From the NCBI GenBank assembly GCA_964016885.1, contig OZ024745.1, forward strand, positions 74,710,001 to 74,774,000: 64,000 nt of DNA, in the 5' to 3' direction. The notes beneath the pieces are model-generated. The model did no database searches. It had not been told where the DNA came from and was given only the letters and a program-made list of their open reading frames with translations. This stretch comes from Eledone cirrhosa (lineage: Eukaryota). Position numbers and translations under genes: made by a program. Positions 53,200-64,000 of the stretch are shown here, piece after piece (the stretch's first letter is position 1; every line of letters begins with the position of its first letter).

Positions 53200-53870
53200 T
53201 TATCATCTTCACAGTGTGGTTTAGCATCTTGAGTTCAGCCTTCACCACATCATCGTTTTCCTAGGTCTTCATCTTCTACAGCTTTTTCTAGGTTTCATCT
53301 TCTACAGCTTTCATCCATTTCAAATGCCCTGCACTTTTTTATACAACTGTTATCCTCCATACATATCTCTTGTATACTGCATCCAATCACTTTTATGCCC
53401 AGTTTTTCTCTCAATTTATTAATGTTTCATCATGCATGTACACTGCTATTATACTTCTAACAGATCATGTTTGCCTCATTCCTTTCCAATCTTCTCAAAT
53501 ACTGTGGACACTTTCATGCAACATTGCACCTTGTTCAAAGGCCTCATACAATCTATCTTTCATTCTGAGAAACACTTTGTAGGTAGCAGAGATATTAGCT
53601 CCCTAAACATTTTCCAACCATTTCTCACTCTAGTACTGTCATTTCAGAACATCTATCCCCACTGCTACTCAGGTCAAAAAGCTGTCAACTATTTGTAGGG
53701 AGCTTTTTAATAGAGCCTATTCATTTAGGCTCCTATGCATGTCACATATGCTATAAACATTCTTTGTTAGTCTGAGATCTTGCTACACCTCTTGTTCATC
53801 CATAATTTACATTGTATATATAATCTGGAATTTCTACCTATTCTTATCCTGTATATTGTGCATAACCTTA
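53200..53870 (-). mobile_element. Old RTE 3' fragment
   Basis: Degenerate homology to the RTE C-terminal region (VRNGWKMFREL, MKDRLYEA). Confidence 0.55.
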
Positions 53871-54400
53871 GCGATGAAATAGGATCTCTCTCAGTATGTA
53901 TTCTAATATGTTTTGTTAGACAACAGCTAAGGATTTTTGATATATTTTACAATGGCAGGGCTTTTCTCCCTGCATGAATTCTGTGTTCTGTTCAACAACT
54001 GCTTGAGAAAAATAATTTCTCACACACTTCTGTGATAGGGTTTTTTTTTTCTCCTGTGAACTACAATTATCAGAAAATGTTTACATATTTCACATTAAAA
54101 TGGGCTTTTTCCACTGTATATTCTCTTACCCTCTGTCCTTCTCTGGAAGAAAACTGCTATATTCAGACCTGGAGAGCAGATGGGCTCCACCAGGTTTTGA
54201 AAAAATGCCCTAGAAACACTTTATATCAAAATGACGCCCCTACAACTCCTTCAAAAGTTACAGGACCAAGCATACATTCTTTTGGGTACATCTAGGCAAT
54301 AATTAGAAATGAAAGATTTTCCACATATTTCATAATGATACCCTTTCCAGTGTGTGCATGTATGTGGATAGTAAGATGACAATTCTGAGTGTAAGCTTCC

Positions 54401-56731
54401 TCATGTATTTCCTAATGACAGTTTTCCTCCAATATGAATTCTTTTGTGTGAGTTTAAACTACTGTTAGAGACAAAAGATTTCGCACATATTTTACAATGG
54501 TAAGGTTTTTCCCCAGTGTGAATTCTTTTGTGAATTGTAAGACTAGAAGTTTCAATGAAAGATTTCCCACATATTTCACAATGATAGGGTTTTTCTCCAG
54601 TGTGTCTTCTCATGTGAACAACAAGACTAGAATTAACAGAGAATGATTTTCCGCATATTTCACAGTGATAGGGTTTCTCTCCAGTGTGAGCTCGTTTGTG
54701 GATAACAACATCTGAATTATTAATAAAACATTTCCCACATATTTCACAAAGATAGCGTTTTTCTCCAGTGTGTATTTTATTGTGTGTTAATAAATTAGTG
54801 CTAGACATAAAAGATTTCTCACATATTTCACATTTGTAGGGTTTTTCTCCGGTATGACTTCGTTTGTGAACTGTAAGCATAGAACTTTGAGTGAAAGATG
54901 TCCCACATATTTCACAGTGAAATGGTTTTTCTCCAGTATGTATTCTTTTGTGTTTTGTTAACTCACTGTTACAGTCAAAAGATTTTTCACATATCTCACA
55001 AATATTTTCTCCACTGTGTATTTTTTTGTGTCTGTTTAAAGTAGAATTATGGTCAAAAGATTTTCCACATATTTCACAATAATGTTTTTTGCCAGAGTGT
55101 ATTCTTTTGTGAGCTGTTAAATTAGAGTTATAGACAAACAATTTCCCACATATTTGACAACAATATGGTTTTTGTGTAGTGTGTACTATTTTGTGTCTTT
55201 TAAGCTTAGAATTTTCAGTGAAAGATTTTCCACATATTTCACAGTGGTAGGGTTTTTCTCCATTGTGATTATATTTGTGGGCTGCAAGCATAGAATTTTG
55301 AGTGAAAGATGTCCCACATATTTCACAGTGAAACAGTTTTTCTTCAGTGTGTATTCTTTTGTGTCTGATTAAAATAAAGTTGTAGTCAAAAGATTTTCCA
55401 CATATTTCACAATAATGTTTTTTTCCAGTGTGTGTTCTTTTGTGGCTTTTAAGCTTGGTATTTTCAGTGAAAAACTTCCCACATATTTCACAGAAAAAGG
55501 TTTTTCCTCCAGTGTGTATTCTTTTATGTCTTGTTAAATGACAGGTATAGACAAAAGATTTTCCACAGATTTCACAATAGACTTTTTCTCCAGTGTGTAT
55601 TTTAATATGTGCTTTTAAGTGACTGTTAGTGATAAAGGATTTCCCACATATTTCACAATGATAGTCTTTTTCCCCAGTGTGTCCACGTATGTGGATAGTA
55701 AGATGGGAATTCTGAGTGAAAGATTTTCCACATATTTCACAGCGGTAGAGTTTTTCTCCAGTGTGTATTCTTTTGTGTGAGGTTAAACTACTGCTAGAAA
55801 CAAAAGATTTTCCACATATTTCACAGTGGTAAAATTTTTCTCCAGTGTGTGTTCTTTTGTGTGATATTAAACTACTGTTAATGACAAAAGATTTTCCACA
55901 TATTTCACAGTGGTAGGGTTTTTCCCCACTGTGTATTTTTTGGTGTTGTGTTAACTTACTCTTACAGACAAAAGATTTCCCACATATTTCACAACAATAG
56001 GGTTTTTCTCCTGTATGACTACGAATGTGGATAACAAGATATGAATTATTAACAAAAGATTTCCCACATATTTCACAGTGGTAGAGGTTTTCTCCAGTGT
56101 GAAGTTTTTTGTGTTCTGTTAACTTTCTGTTACAAACATAGGATTTCCCACATGTTTTACAGTGGTAGGGCCTTTCACCTGTGTGTAATCGTTTGTGTGA
56201 TGTTAAACTTCTGTTACAGACAAAAGCTTTCCCACATATTTTACAATGATAGGGTTTTTCTCCAAGGTGTATTCTTTTGTGTCTTGCTAAAATGTTGTTA
56301 GAAGCAAAAGATTTCCCACACTCTTCACAGTGGTAGGGTTTTTCACTAGTGTGCATTCTCTTGTGGATTATAAGCCTAGAATTTCTAATGAAAGATTTCC
56401 CACATATTTCACACTGTAGCAACTCTTTTCCAGTGTGTATTCTGTTATGTGTTTTCAGTTGATTGTTATTAATAAATAATTTTCCACATATTTTACAATG
56501 GTAGAGCTTTTCTCTTGTGTGAATTTCTTTGTGTGTGAAAACTTCATGTTCTGAAGAGAATGTTTTATTACAAATCTCACAACAATATTCATTAATATTT
56601 CTCTGTATTGATATTTGTTCTGTAAATGTTTCATTATATAAAGGTTTCTCATCATTGTATGTCTCTGTTACTGAATCTATATTGTTAAAAACTGTTTCGT
56701 TAGAATTGTCAAAGTGATTAGCTTCATCCAT
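54401..56731 (-). CDS. ZF-5: C2H2 zinc-finger protein, 776 aa, ~26 fingers
   Basis: Intact ORF with the shared N-terminus. Acceptor TTTTTCAG at 57048-57055 and donor at 57725. Fossil fingers at ~53880-54400. Confidence 0.93.
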   Translation of the reverse strand: MDEANHFDNSNETVFNNIDSVTETYNDEKPLYNETFTEQISIQRNINEYCCEICNKTFSSEHEVFTHKEIHTREKLYHCKICGKLFINNNQLKTHNRIHTGKELLQCEICGKSFIRNSRLIIHKRMHTSEKPYHCEECGKSFASNNILARHKRIHLGEKPYHCKICGKAFVCNRSLTSHKRLHTGERPYHCKTCGKSYVCNRKLTEHKKLHTGENLYHCEICGKSFVNNSYLVIHIRSHTGEKPYCCEICGKSFVCKSKLTQHQKIHSGEKPYHCEICGKSFVINSSLISHKRTHTGEKFYHCEICGKSFVSSSSLTSHKRIHTGEKLYRCEICGKSFTQNSHLTIHIRGHTGEKDYHCEICGKSFITNSHLKAHIKIHTGEKVYCEICGKSFVYTCHLTRHKRIHTGGKTFFCEICGKFFTENTKLKSHKRTHTGKKHYCEICGKSFDYNFILIRHKRIHTEEKLFHCEICGTSFTQNSMLAAHKYNHNGEKPYHCEICGKSFTENSKLKRHKIVHTTQKPYCCQICGKLFVYNSNLTAHKRIHSGKKHYCEICGKSFDHNSTLNRHKKIHSGENICEICEKSFDCNSELTKHKRIHTGEKPFHCEICGTSFTQSSMLTVHKRSHTGEKPYKCEICEKSFMSSTNLLTHNKIHTGEKRYLCEICGKCFINNSDVVIHKRAHTGEKPYHCEICGKSFSVNSSLVVHMRRHTGEKPYHCEICGKSFIETSSLTIHKRIHTGEKPYHCKICAKSFVSNSSLNSHKRIHIGGKLSLGNT

Positions 56732-57214
56732 ATTAATTACTGTGGATTTCTTAAAAGCTGGGAATTGTCTATAAGAATGAATCTATTATGGTTCTGTTTT
56801 TGTCTTGGATACCATGGGACTCTCTTTACATGTGTGGAAATTATTCCTGCTTACTACAAGAATGTTTGTTGATGACTGAGTCTTGTCCAAGTGACAGACA
56901 TAATCTTGTGGATAAAGATTTCTACTTCTAAGTTATGAAATGTGGATATGGTTAATGGATGCAATGCTAGTTAAATAAATATAGACTGTCGACAAATAAG
57001 TCGTAGCAGACGTACAAGTGATGTAACGGAACTATCAGTTACTATAACTGAAAAACAAGAAAAGATACAATATAGGAGCAATGTTTGAGAAGGAAATTTG
57101 GTACACACACGTTATAATAGAATAGAGTCACGTTTTATGTTGTGATAGCGATTCAAATAATACGTTCTTTTTGTTTGAAGGCTAGCTCATTTTTGTGCGA
57201 CTAGTTTTAGTCCA

Positions 57215-57480
57215 AGGCGGCGAATCAGTAGAATCGTTTGAGCGTCGGATAGTATACTTTGCGGTATTCGTTCCTGCTCTCTACGTTCAAATCCCGTCGA
57301 GTGCAACTTTGTCTTTCATCCATTCAAGGTCGATTCTTCCTCTATATTTCTTTCTCACTTACATTCTCTTACTCTCTGGAACAAATGTGCTCTATATCAA
57401 ACCTGGAGAGGAGATGGACCTTGCCAGGTTTTAAAAAGCCCTAGAAATACCGTATGTCAATACGGCGCTCCCACGATTCC
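57215..57480 (+). mobile_element. tRNA-derived SINE in the ZF-5 intron
   Basis: GGCGGCGAATCAGTAGAATCG head, GTTCAAATCC B box, CTTTCATCCATTCAAGGTCGAT. Confidence 0.65.
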
Positions 57481-57725
57481 CCCCATATTTGTTCGGTAAT
57501 ATTGAGCAGTTGTTGAATATATCAACATATGTAAATATGTTTTAAAAGATCCAACATTTGACGCAACTAATTCAGGATGTAGCGTTGTTTTAGAAGAAAT
57601 ATATGTAATCATGGGGTGATAGAATACCGACCGTGAAATAATAAAATGCACCAAAACATGATATAATGATAAACATAAACGTCACTTAACCATGATTTAT
57701 CTATAGACAATAACATTCATCTTAC

Positions 57726-57835
57726 CATGATACAGTTAAATTAACTGGAGTTAACAAGACAACGTAGGCGGTGTCTTTAACATTTTTCTCCTTTGTGAGA
57801 ATAGTACATGTGACATAAGTCCAGAAACCCACGGA
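57726..57835 (-). promoter_or_regulatory. Putative non-coding exon 1 / core promoter of ZF-5
   Basis: Conserved block followed by ATG|GTAAGA. Confidence 0.6.
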
Positions 57836-58890
57836 ATTTCATCAGGTGTTAATTGCAAAATTAGTTATATAAGAAATCAGGATTTTGGCAAACACCAACA
57901 TAGAATAGAAAATAGAGGATTTTGATTCGGGGATGGCTCGCCGGTTCCGTGTTATTGTAACGGCAAATCATATAATATATATATTATAATTACATAAAAA
58001 GATAGACGACTGGCAAGCTTTGACTATTAGATTCGACTAGTAAAGCTTAAACTCTACTCTCTCTAACGCAGCCATGAGTGCTACATTATCTGCATGATGT
58101 AGAAAATATTCCACCAGCATTACCCAAATGATGTTGGCATCAACTTTAAAATCCACCGAATGCTTCTGCCCCATGCTATCCGCCTACTATAAAAATCAAA
58201 CTCACATTTCATAACAACATTTATGGCACAATTATTACATCTCAACTGGTCCCGCTCTCTTTAACATTATACCAAAAAACATAAATAGATCCCATATTCA
58301 AAATGTCCTTGGACAACTTGTCCACGTAATTCAGATAAACCCGTTACACCTGGATGTCTCCTAGGAATATATACCTTATTTCAATGTATGTCTTTACGAG
58401 CTAGCAGCAATGCTCTGCAACCAAGCAATTAATTAATCAATTAATAAAAGAATATTTTAAATATTGATATATATACCCAAACCGACGTGGTTTCACCAAT
58501 GCAGTTAGACAAATAGTGCAAATTCCAACTGTCAGTTGCCGAGCAACCCTGGAGTTGGCAAAGGAGTGTTTTCAGAAAGTCTCTATAGGCACATCACAGG
58601 CCAGTAGCGACTTCCATATAAAAAAAATCCACTCGTGCCTTTAAAATATGCACTCAACTAGAATTATTACGAAGAGTAAAATATACCAACAGATTTTACA
58701 AAATCACACGAGTCGATGCTTCGGGCAGCGTAACACAGTGCCACCCATTATGTTGTTTAATAATAACTGAGATAAATTGCAGAATGAGAACTTATTCATA
58801 CAGATTTAGTAGTTGGATCAACAACATCAATATCAATCAAATGATAATATATATATATGTAGGAGGTGAGTTTTATTGTAGTACAATAAA

Positions 58891-58892
<2 letters not shown>

Positions 58893-58963
<71 letters not shown>
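58893..58963. repeat. (AT)n(GT)n microsatellite
   Basis: Directly visible. Confidence 0.97.
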
Positions 58964-58964
<1 letters not shown>

Positions 58965-59737
58965 TCCATTGTCTTTGTCCTGTGCGCTATCCTGTTTCGG
59001 ATTCATATTCGAAAGACTTAGCCACGCGGGACTTTTTGAAACTATCAAATAATAGACGTTACACCGCCTGGTCAATCTTCTCATCCCACTTCCTACCTAA
59101 TCTACGCCTCAATGATATTCTTCTTTGTACGTTGGACGTATATTTTTTTTTATATTTCTCTCTTTTTTATATTTTTTCTTTGGCTAACCGACCATTCACC
59201 GTCACTCTCTTCCAATTCAATGGATTCACTTTGGTTTGTAACATTTTATTTTTCGTTTTTATTTGTGTAATTCGCCGAAAAGTACAACTTGTATTGCCTC
59301 TACCTGTTTTGTTGCGTCCTATTGTGCAATAGAATGAATTTGTATTTTTTATCTGGATATACATACACCTTTCCCTTCGCTTCAAATTGCTGGCCATGTG
59401 CCAAAAGTAGAAACAATTATATGTATGTGTGTGTGTATTATATATATCCATCAAGCTATCTCTTTTATATTGCCTCTCATTTGTCCCACTTATTTTTTTA
59501 TTGTTATACACAGCCTATTTATGTAATCTTAACCGTTGTTTACTACTGCCTTGATTCTTCCTCTCTCACTCTTTGTTCTTGATGCCTACCTGCAACCTTC
59601 CCATCAAGTCTCTTTCTAATTTGATCACTGAACTGGTCAGTTCACTGTTTCGTCTCTTCCTGTCTCCTGTTTTTATTAGTTCCAATGCCATGTTTTCAGT
59701 TGTATCGCCTCTAATCTAATGTACTATCAAAAATTCG

Positions 59738-60138
59738 GGAAGAGGCTATGTAGCCAGTAAGAGTGCTAGAGACCATAAGTTGCGGCCCGAGTTAAGACTT
59801 TTTGAAATCTTTTCCTCCATCAATTGTTAAAAAAACAAGTTAAAATAATTTAGTCATCATCATCTTATAATTCTACTTTAGTTACATGCTCATACATCTA
59901 TTGAGTTCCATGGCTTAAGAATTTTAGCAGTCAAATATTTTCGAAATTAAGAATTTTAGCAGAAAGTCACGACCTGGGTTAAAGATAGTCACTGCCCGGG
60001 TTCTAAAACACTATTATTTATCGATAAAATAAGCTTCCGGGACCCCGGCTAAGTGCCGTCCCTTTCGTGTTTACTTGTAAAATAAGCTTAAAAAGCATGT
60101 TTGTCTATTTTGCCGGGACCGGCTACATAGCCTATTCC
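59738..60138. mobile_element. Putative MITE, ~21-bp imperfect TIRs
   Basis: GGAAGAGGCTATGTAGCCAGT ... ACCGGCTACATAGCCTATTCC. No TSD was resolved. Confidence 0.55.
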
Positions 60139-60634
60139 ACGTAAACGACTCAATATTGTACAGATGTCTTCGATTATTATTAACAACGTTGGAGTCGAAT
60201 ATTGAAAAACTTGAATAAAGTAGCACTAAAGTAGTGTTTTGTTATTTTTATAAATGTTTTAGTATATTTACGATTTATTTTACTATGGAACATTCATTTT
60301 CCATAGAATTAAGTTAGTTGTTAAAGTTTATGAGCAATAAATTGGTTATAATTTTAACAATTTTTATACAATTCCTAGTAATATTTGATTATAATAAACA
60401 ATAGGTGTAGTTTGGTCGCAGGTCAGATAAATGTGTCCGGAACCTGACCATCTGGTTTTTGTAACACTAACTTGTTCAATCGTTAATAAACTGTGATTTG
60501 ATCGAACATGTTTACTATTTCCAGTAGCTAAAACAACTATATAGTGTCTCTCGTTCATAGGTAATACGTTGTTTATTGATGTTCTTTGTTACCATGGATT
60601 CGATCCACTTCAAAGACCGGATTAAAATAATTGT

Positions 60635-60733
60635 AGGCACTTGTTACCGGTACCATTCTCATAAATGGGAGAAAACTGTGAAAGACACCGCCTACGTTGT
60701 ATTGTTAACTCCTGCTAATTTAATTCTACTGTG
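60635..60733 (+). promoter_or_regulatory. Putative non-coding exon 1 / core promoter of ZF-6
   Basis: ATTCTC..GGGAGAAAACTGTGAAAGACACCGCCTACGTTGT, then GTG|GTAAGG at 60734. Acceptor TTTGCAG at 61155-61161. Confidence 0.62.
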
Positions 60734-61483
60734 GTAAGGTGGATGTTGATGTTTATAAATATATCGTTAATGTTTATAGTTTGATCATGTTGACCGTTAG
60801 TCACCACTACCATAGATATAAGGGTGTTTTGGGGTTTTTAGTTATAATATTTTTATTAATTGAGCTAAGTTTATTATCTCCTAATTTCATGGTCAACAGT
60901 CTATCACATTCATGATTGCATATATAACTACGCTATATCATGAATTAGTTGTGCTTCATTTTAGTGGATAGGGGGAATGGATTTTAGTTGCCAGCTAATG
61001 TTCAAAAGAAAAAGAACAAGTTATTTGAAATGTTATCATATGCACATCGTGCCTCATTCTATTATCCGTATTTGTAACAAAAATGTAAACACACGTGTGT
61101 GTTTGTGTGTTTCTTTCTCAAACATTGGTCTTATACAGTCCTATTTTTTCTTGCTTTGCAGTTATGGTAACTGATAGTTCCGTTACACCAGTGATATGAC
61201 CAAAACGTCTACTACTAGTTACCCATTAACCTTGTAAGTTTGTTTAACCCTATCCACATTTCATTACTTACAAACGAAATTCTTTTTCTCTATCAATACG
61301 TAGTTGTCCCATGAACAGGATCAAGTCATCAAAAAACATTCTTCTGGTAATTCGGAATGATATCTACATTGGGTAATTCCCACACATGTAAACAGTCCCA
61401 TGATGTCCAAGACAAAAAACAGAACCAAAATTGATTCATTCTTATAGACAATTCCCAGCTTTTAAGAATCTTCAGTAATTAAT

Positions 61484-63469
61484 ATGGATGAAGCTAATCA
61501 CTTTGACAATTCTAACGAAACAGTTTTTAACAATATAGATTCAGTTACAGAGACATACAATGATGTGAAACCTGTATGTAATGAAACGTTTCTAGAACAA
61601 ATATCAGTACAGAGAGAGATTAGTGAATATCACTGTGAGATTTGTAGTAAATCATTCTCTTCAGAACATGAAGTTATTACACACAAAGAAATGCATGCAA
61701 GGGAAAAGCTCTACCATTGTAAAAAATGTGGAAAATGTTTTATCAATAACAATCAACTGAAAATACATAACAGAATACACACTGGAAAAGAGTTGTCACA
61801 GTGTGAAATATGTGGGAAATCTTTCATTAAAAATTCTATACTTATAATTCACAAGAGAATGCACACTGGAGAAAAACCCTATCACTGTGAACAGTGTGGA
61901 AAATCTTTTGCCTCTAAGAACATTTTAAGAATACACAAAAGAATACATAGTGGAGAAAGACCCTATCATTGTGAAATATGTGGTAAATCTTTTGTCTCTA
62001 AAAGTACTTTAACAATACACAAACGGTTACACACAGGAGAAAGGCCCTACTACTGTGAAATATGTGGGAAATCTTATGTCTGTAACAAAAAGTTAACACA
62101 ACACAAAAAAATCCACACTGGAGAAAACCTCCACCACTGTGAAATATGTGGGAAATCTTATGTTAATAATTCATATCTTGTTATCCACATTCGTAGTCAT
62201 ACAGGAGAAAAACCTTATCATTGCGAAATATGTGGGAAATCTTTTGCTTGTAAGAGTAAGTTGACAGTGCACCAAAATATACATACTAGGGAAAAACTCT
62301 TCCACTGTGAAATATGTGGAAAATCTTTTGTCACTGACGGTGCTTTAATATCACACAAAAGAACACACACTGGAGAAAAACTCTACCCCTGCAAAATGTG
62401 TGGAAAATCTTTTGTTTCTAGCAGTAGTTTAACCACACATAAAAGAACACACACTGGAGAAAAACTCTACCATTGTGAAATATGTGGGAAATCATTTATC
62501 TCTAGCACTGGCTTAACCTCACACAAAAGAACACACACTGGGGAAAAACTCTACCATTGTGAAATATGCGGGAAATCTTTCACTAGGAATTGTCATCTCA
62601 CTGTCCACATACGTGGACATACCGGGGAAAAAGACTATCATTGTGAAATATGTGGTAAGTCTTTTATCACTAACAGTCATTTAAAAGTACACACAAACAT
62701 ACACACTGGAGAAAGATTTTTTTGTGAAATATGTGGAAAATCTTTTTTTTATAACTCCAATTTAACCACACACAAAAGGATACACACTGGAGAAAAACCA
62801 TTTCCCTGTGAAATGTGTGATAAATCTTTCAATGATAGTTCTCAGCTTAAAAGCCACAAAAGAATACACACTGAAGAAAAACCATACTGTGATATATGTG
62901 GGAAATCCTTTGTTTATACTAGGAGTTTAACAAATCACAAAAAAACGCATACTGGAGAAAAATATTGCTGTGAAATATGTGGGAAATTCCTTGTTTCTTA
63001 CGATCACTTAGAAGCACACAAAAGAATACACACTGAAAAAAAAATTTGTGAGATATGTGGGAAATTTTTTGACTGTAACAGTCATTTAATAAAACACAAA
63101 CGAACACACACTGGAGAAAAACCATTTCACTGTGAAATATGTGGGACATCTTTCAGTCAAAGAGGTATGCTTAAAGTCCACAAACGAAGTCATACCGGAG
63201 AAAAACCGTATTGCTGTGAAATATGTGGAAAATCTTTTGTAACTAATAGTAATTTAACAACACACAATAAATTACACACTGGAGAAAAACCATATTGCTG
63301 TGGCATATGTGGAAAATCCTTTGTCACTAACAGTAGTTTAACCTCACACAAAAGAATTCACACTGGCGAAAAACTGTACCACTGTGAAATATGTGGGAAA
63401 TCTTTTGTCTTTAATAGTAGTTTAACTTCACACAAAAAAACACACACTGGAGAAAAACTGTATCACTAG
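61484..63469 (+). CDS. ZF-6: C2H2 zinc-finger protein, 661 aa, ~22 fingers
   Basis: Intact ORF with the shared N-terminus. It stops at TGEKLYH*, where a Cys codon is expected. Confidence 0.93.
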   Translation: MDEANHFDNSNETVFNNIDSVTETYNDVKPVCNETFLEQISVQREISEYHCEICSKSFSSEHEVITHKEMHAREKLYHCKKCGKCFINNNQLKIHNRIHTGKELSQCEICGKSFIKNSILIIHKRMHTGEKPYHCEQCGKSFASKNILRIHKRIHSGERPYHCEICGKSFVSKSTLTIHKRLHTGERPYYCEICGKSYVCNKKLTQHKKIHTGENLHHCEICGKSYVNNSYLVIHIRSHTGEKPYHCEICGKSFACKSKLTVHQNIHTREKLFHCEICGKSFVTDGALISHKRTHTGEKLYPCKMCGKSFVSSSSLTTHKRTHTGEKLYHCEICGKSFISSTGLTSHKRTHTGEKLYHCEICGKSFTRNCHLTVHIRGHTGEKDYHCEICGKSFITNSHLKVHTNIHTGERFFCEICGKSFFYNSNLTTHKRIHTGEKPFPCEMCDKSFNDSSQLKSHKRIHTEEKPYCDICGKSFVYTRSLTNHKKTHTGEKYCCEICGKFLVSYDHLEAHKRIHTEKKICEICGKFFDCNSHLIKHKRTHTGEKPFHCEICGTSFSQRGMLKVHKRSHTGEKPYCCEICGKSFVTNSNLTTHNKLHTGEKPYCCGICGKSFVTNSSLTSHKRIHTGEKLYHCEICGKSFVFNSSLTSHKKTHTGEKLYH

Positions 63470-64000
<531 letters not shown>

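Noticed and set aside
58784-59332. 182-aa ORF with a YIYIYI run
   Set aside because: Artefact of the (AT)n microsatellite, with no domain signal.

Overview
AT-rich animal genomic DNA. The [15 protein letters not shown] finger style, SINEs and RTE families look like coleoid cephalopod (Octopus-like), which is an inference. The window holds a cluster of single-coding-exon C2H2 zinc-finger (ZF) paralogs with no KRAB, SCAN or ZAD domain: four intact ORFs (17, 14, 26 and 22 fingers by my count) and two pseudogenes. All share an unannotated ~48-aa acidic N-terminus and a conserved 5' leader. The four intact genes and one pseudogene also have a conserved upstream block, which I read as a non-coding first exon with a GTAAG donor. 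The four intact genes form two head-to-head pairs, and the first pair lies in a large inverted segmental duplication (about 6.9-20.9 kb versus 27.2-37.1 kb). The cluster is heavily invaded by young RTE LINEs that carry a PHD finger in ORF2, CR1/L2-group LINEs (one splits a ZF start codon), decayed CRE-clade elements near ZF promoters, tRNA-derived SINEs, a solo LTR, a Helentron-like non-autonomous element and a MITE. All alignments were done by eye, so repeat boundaries are approximate (tens of bp).
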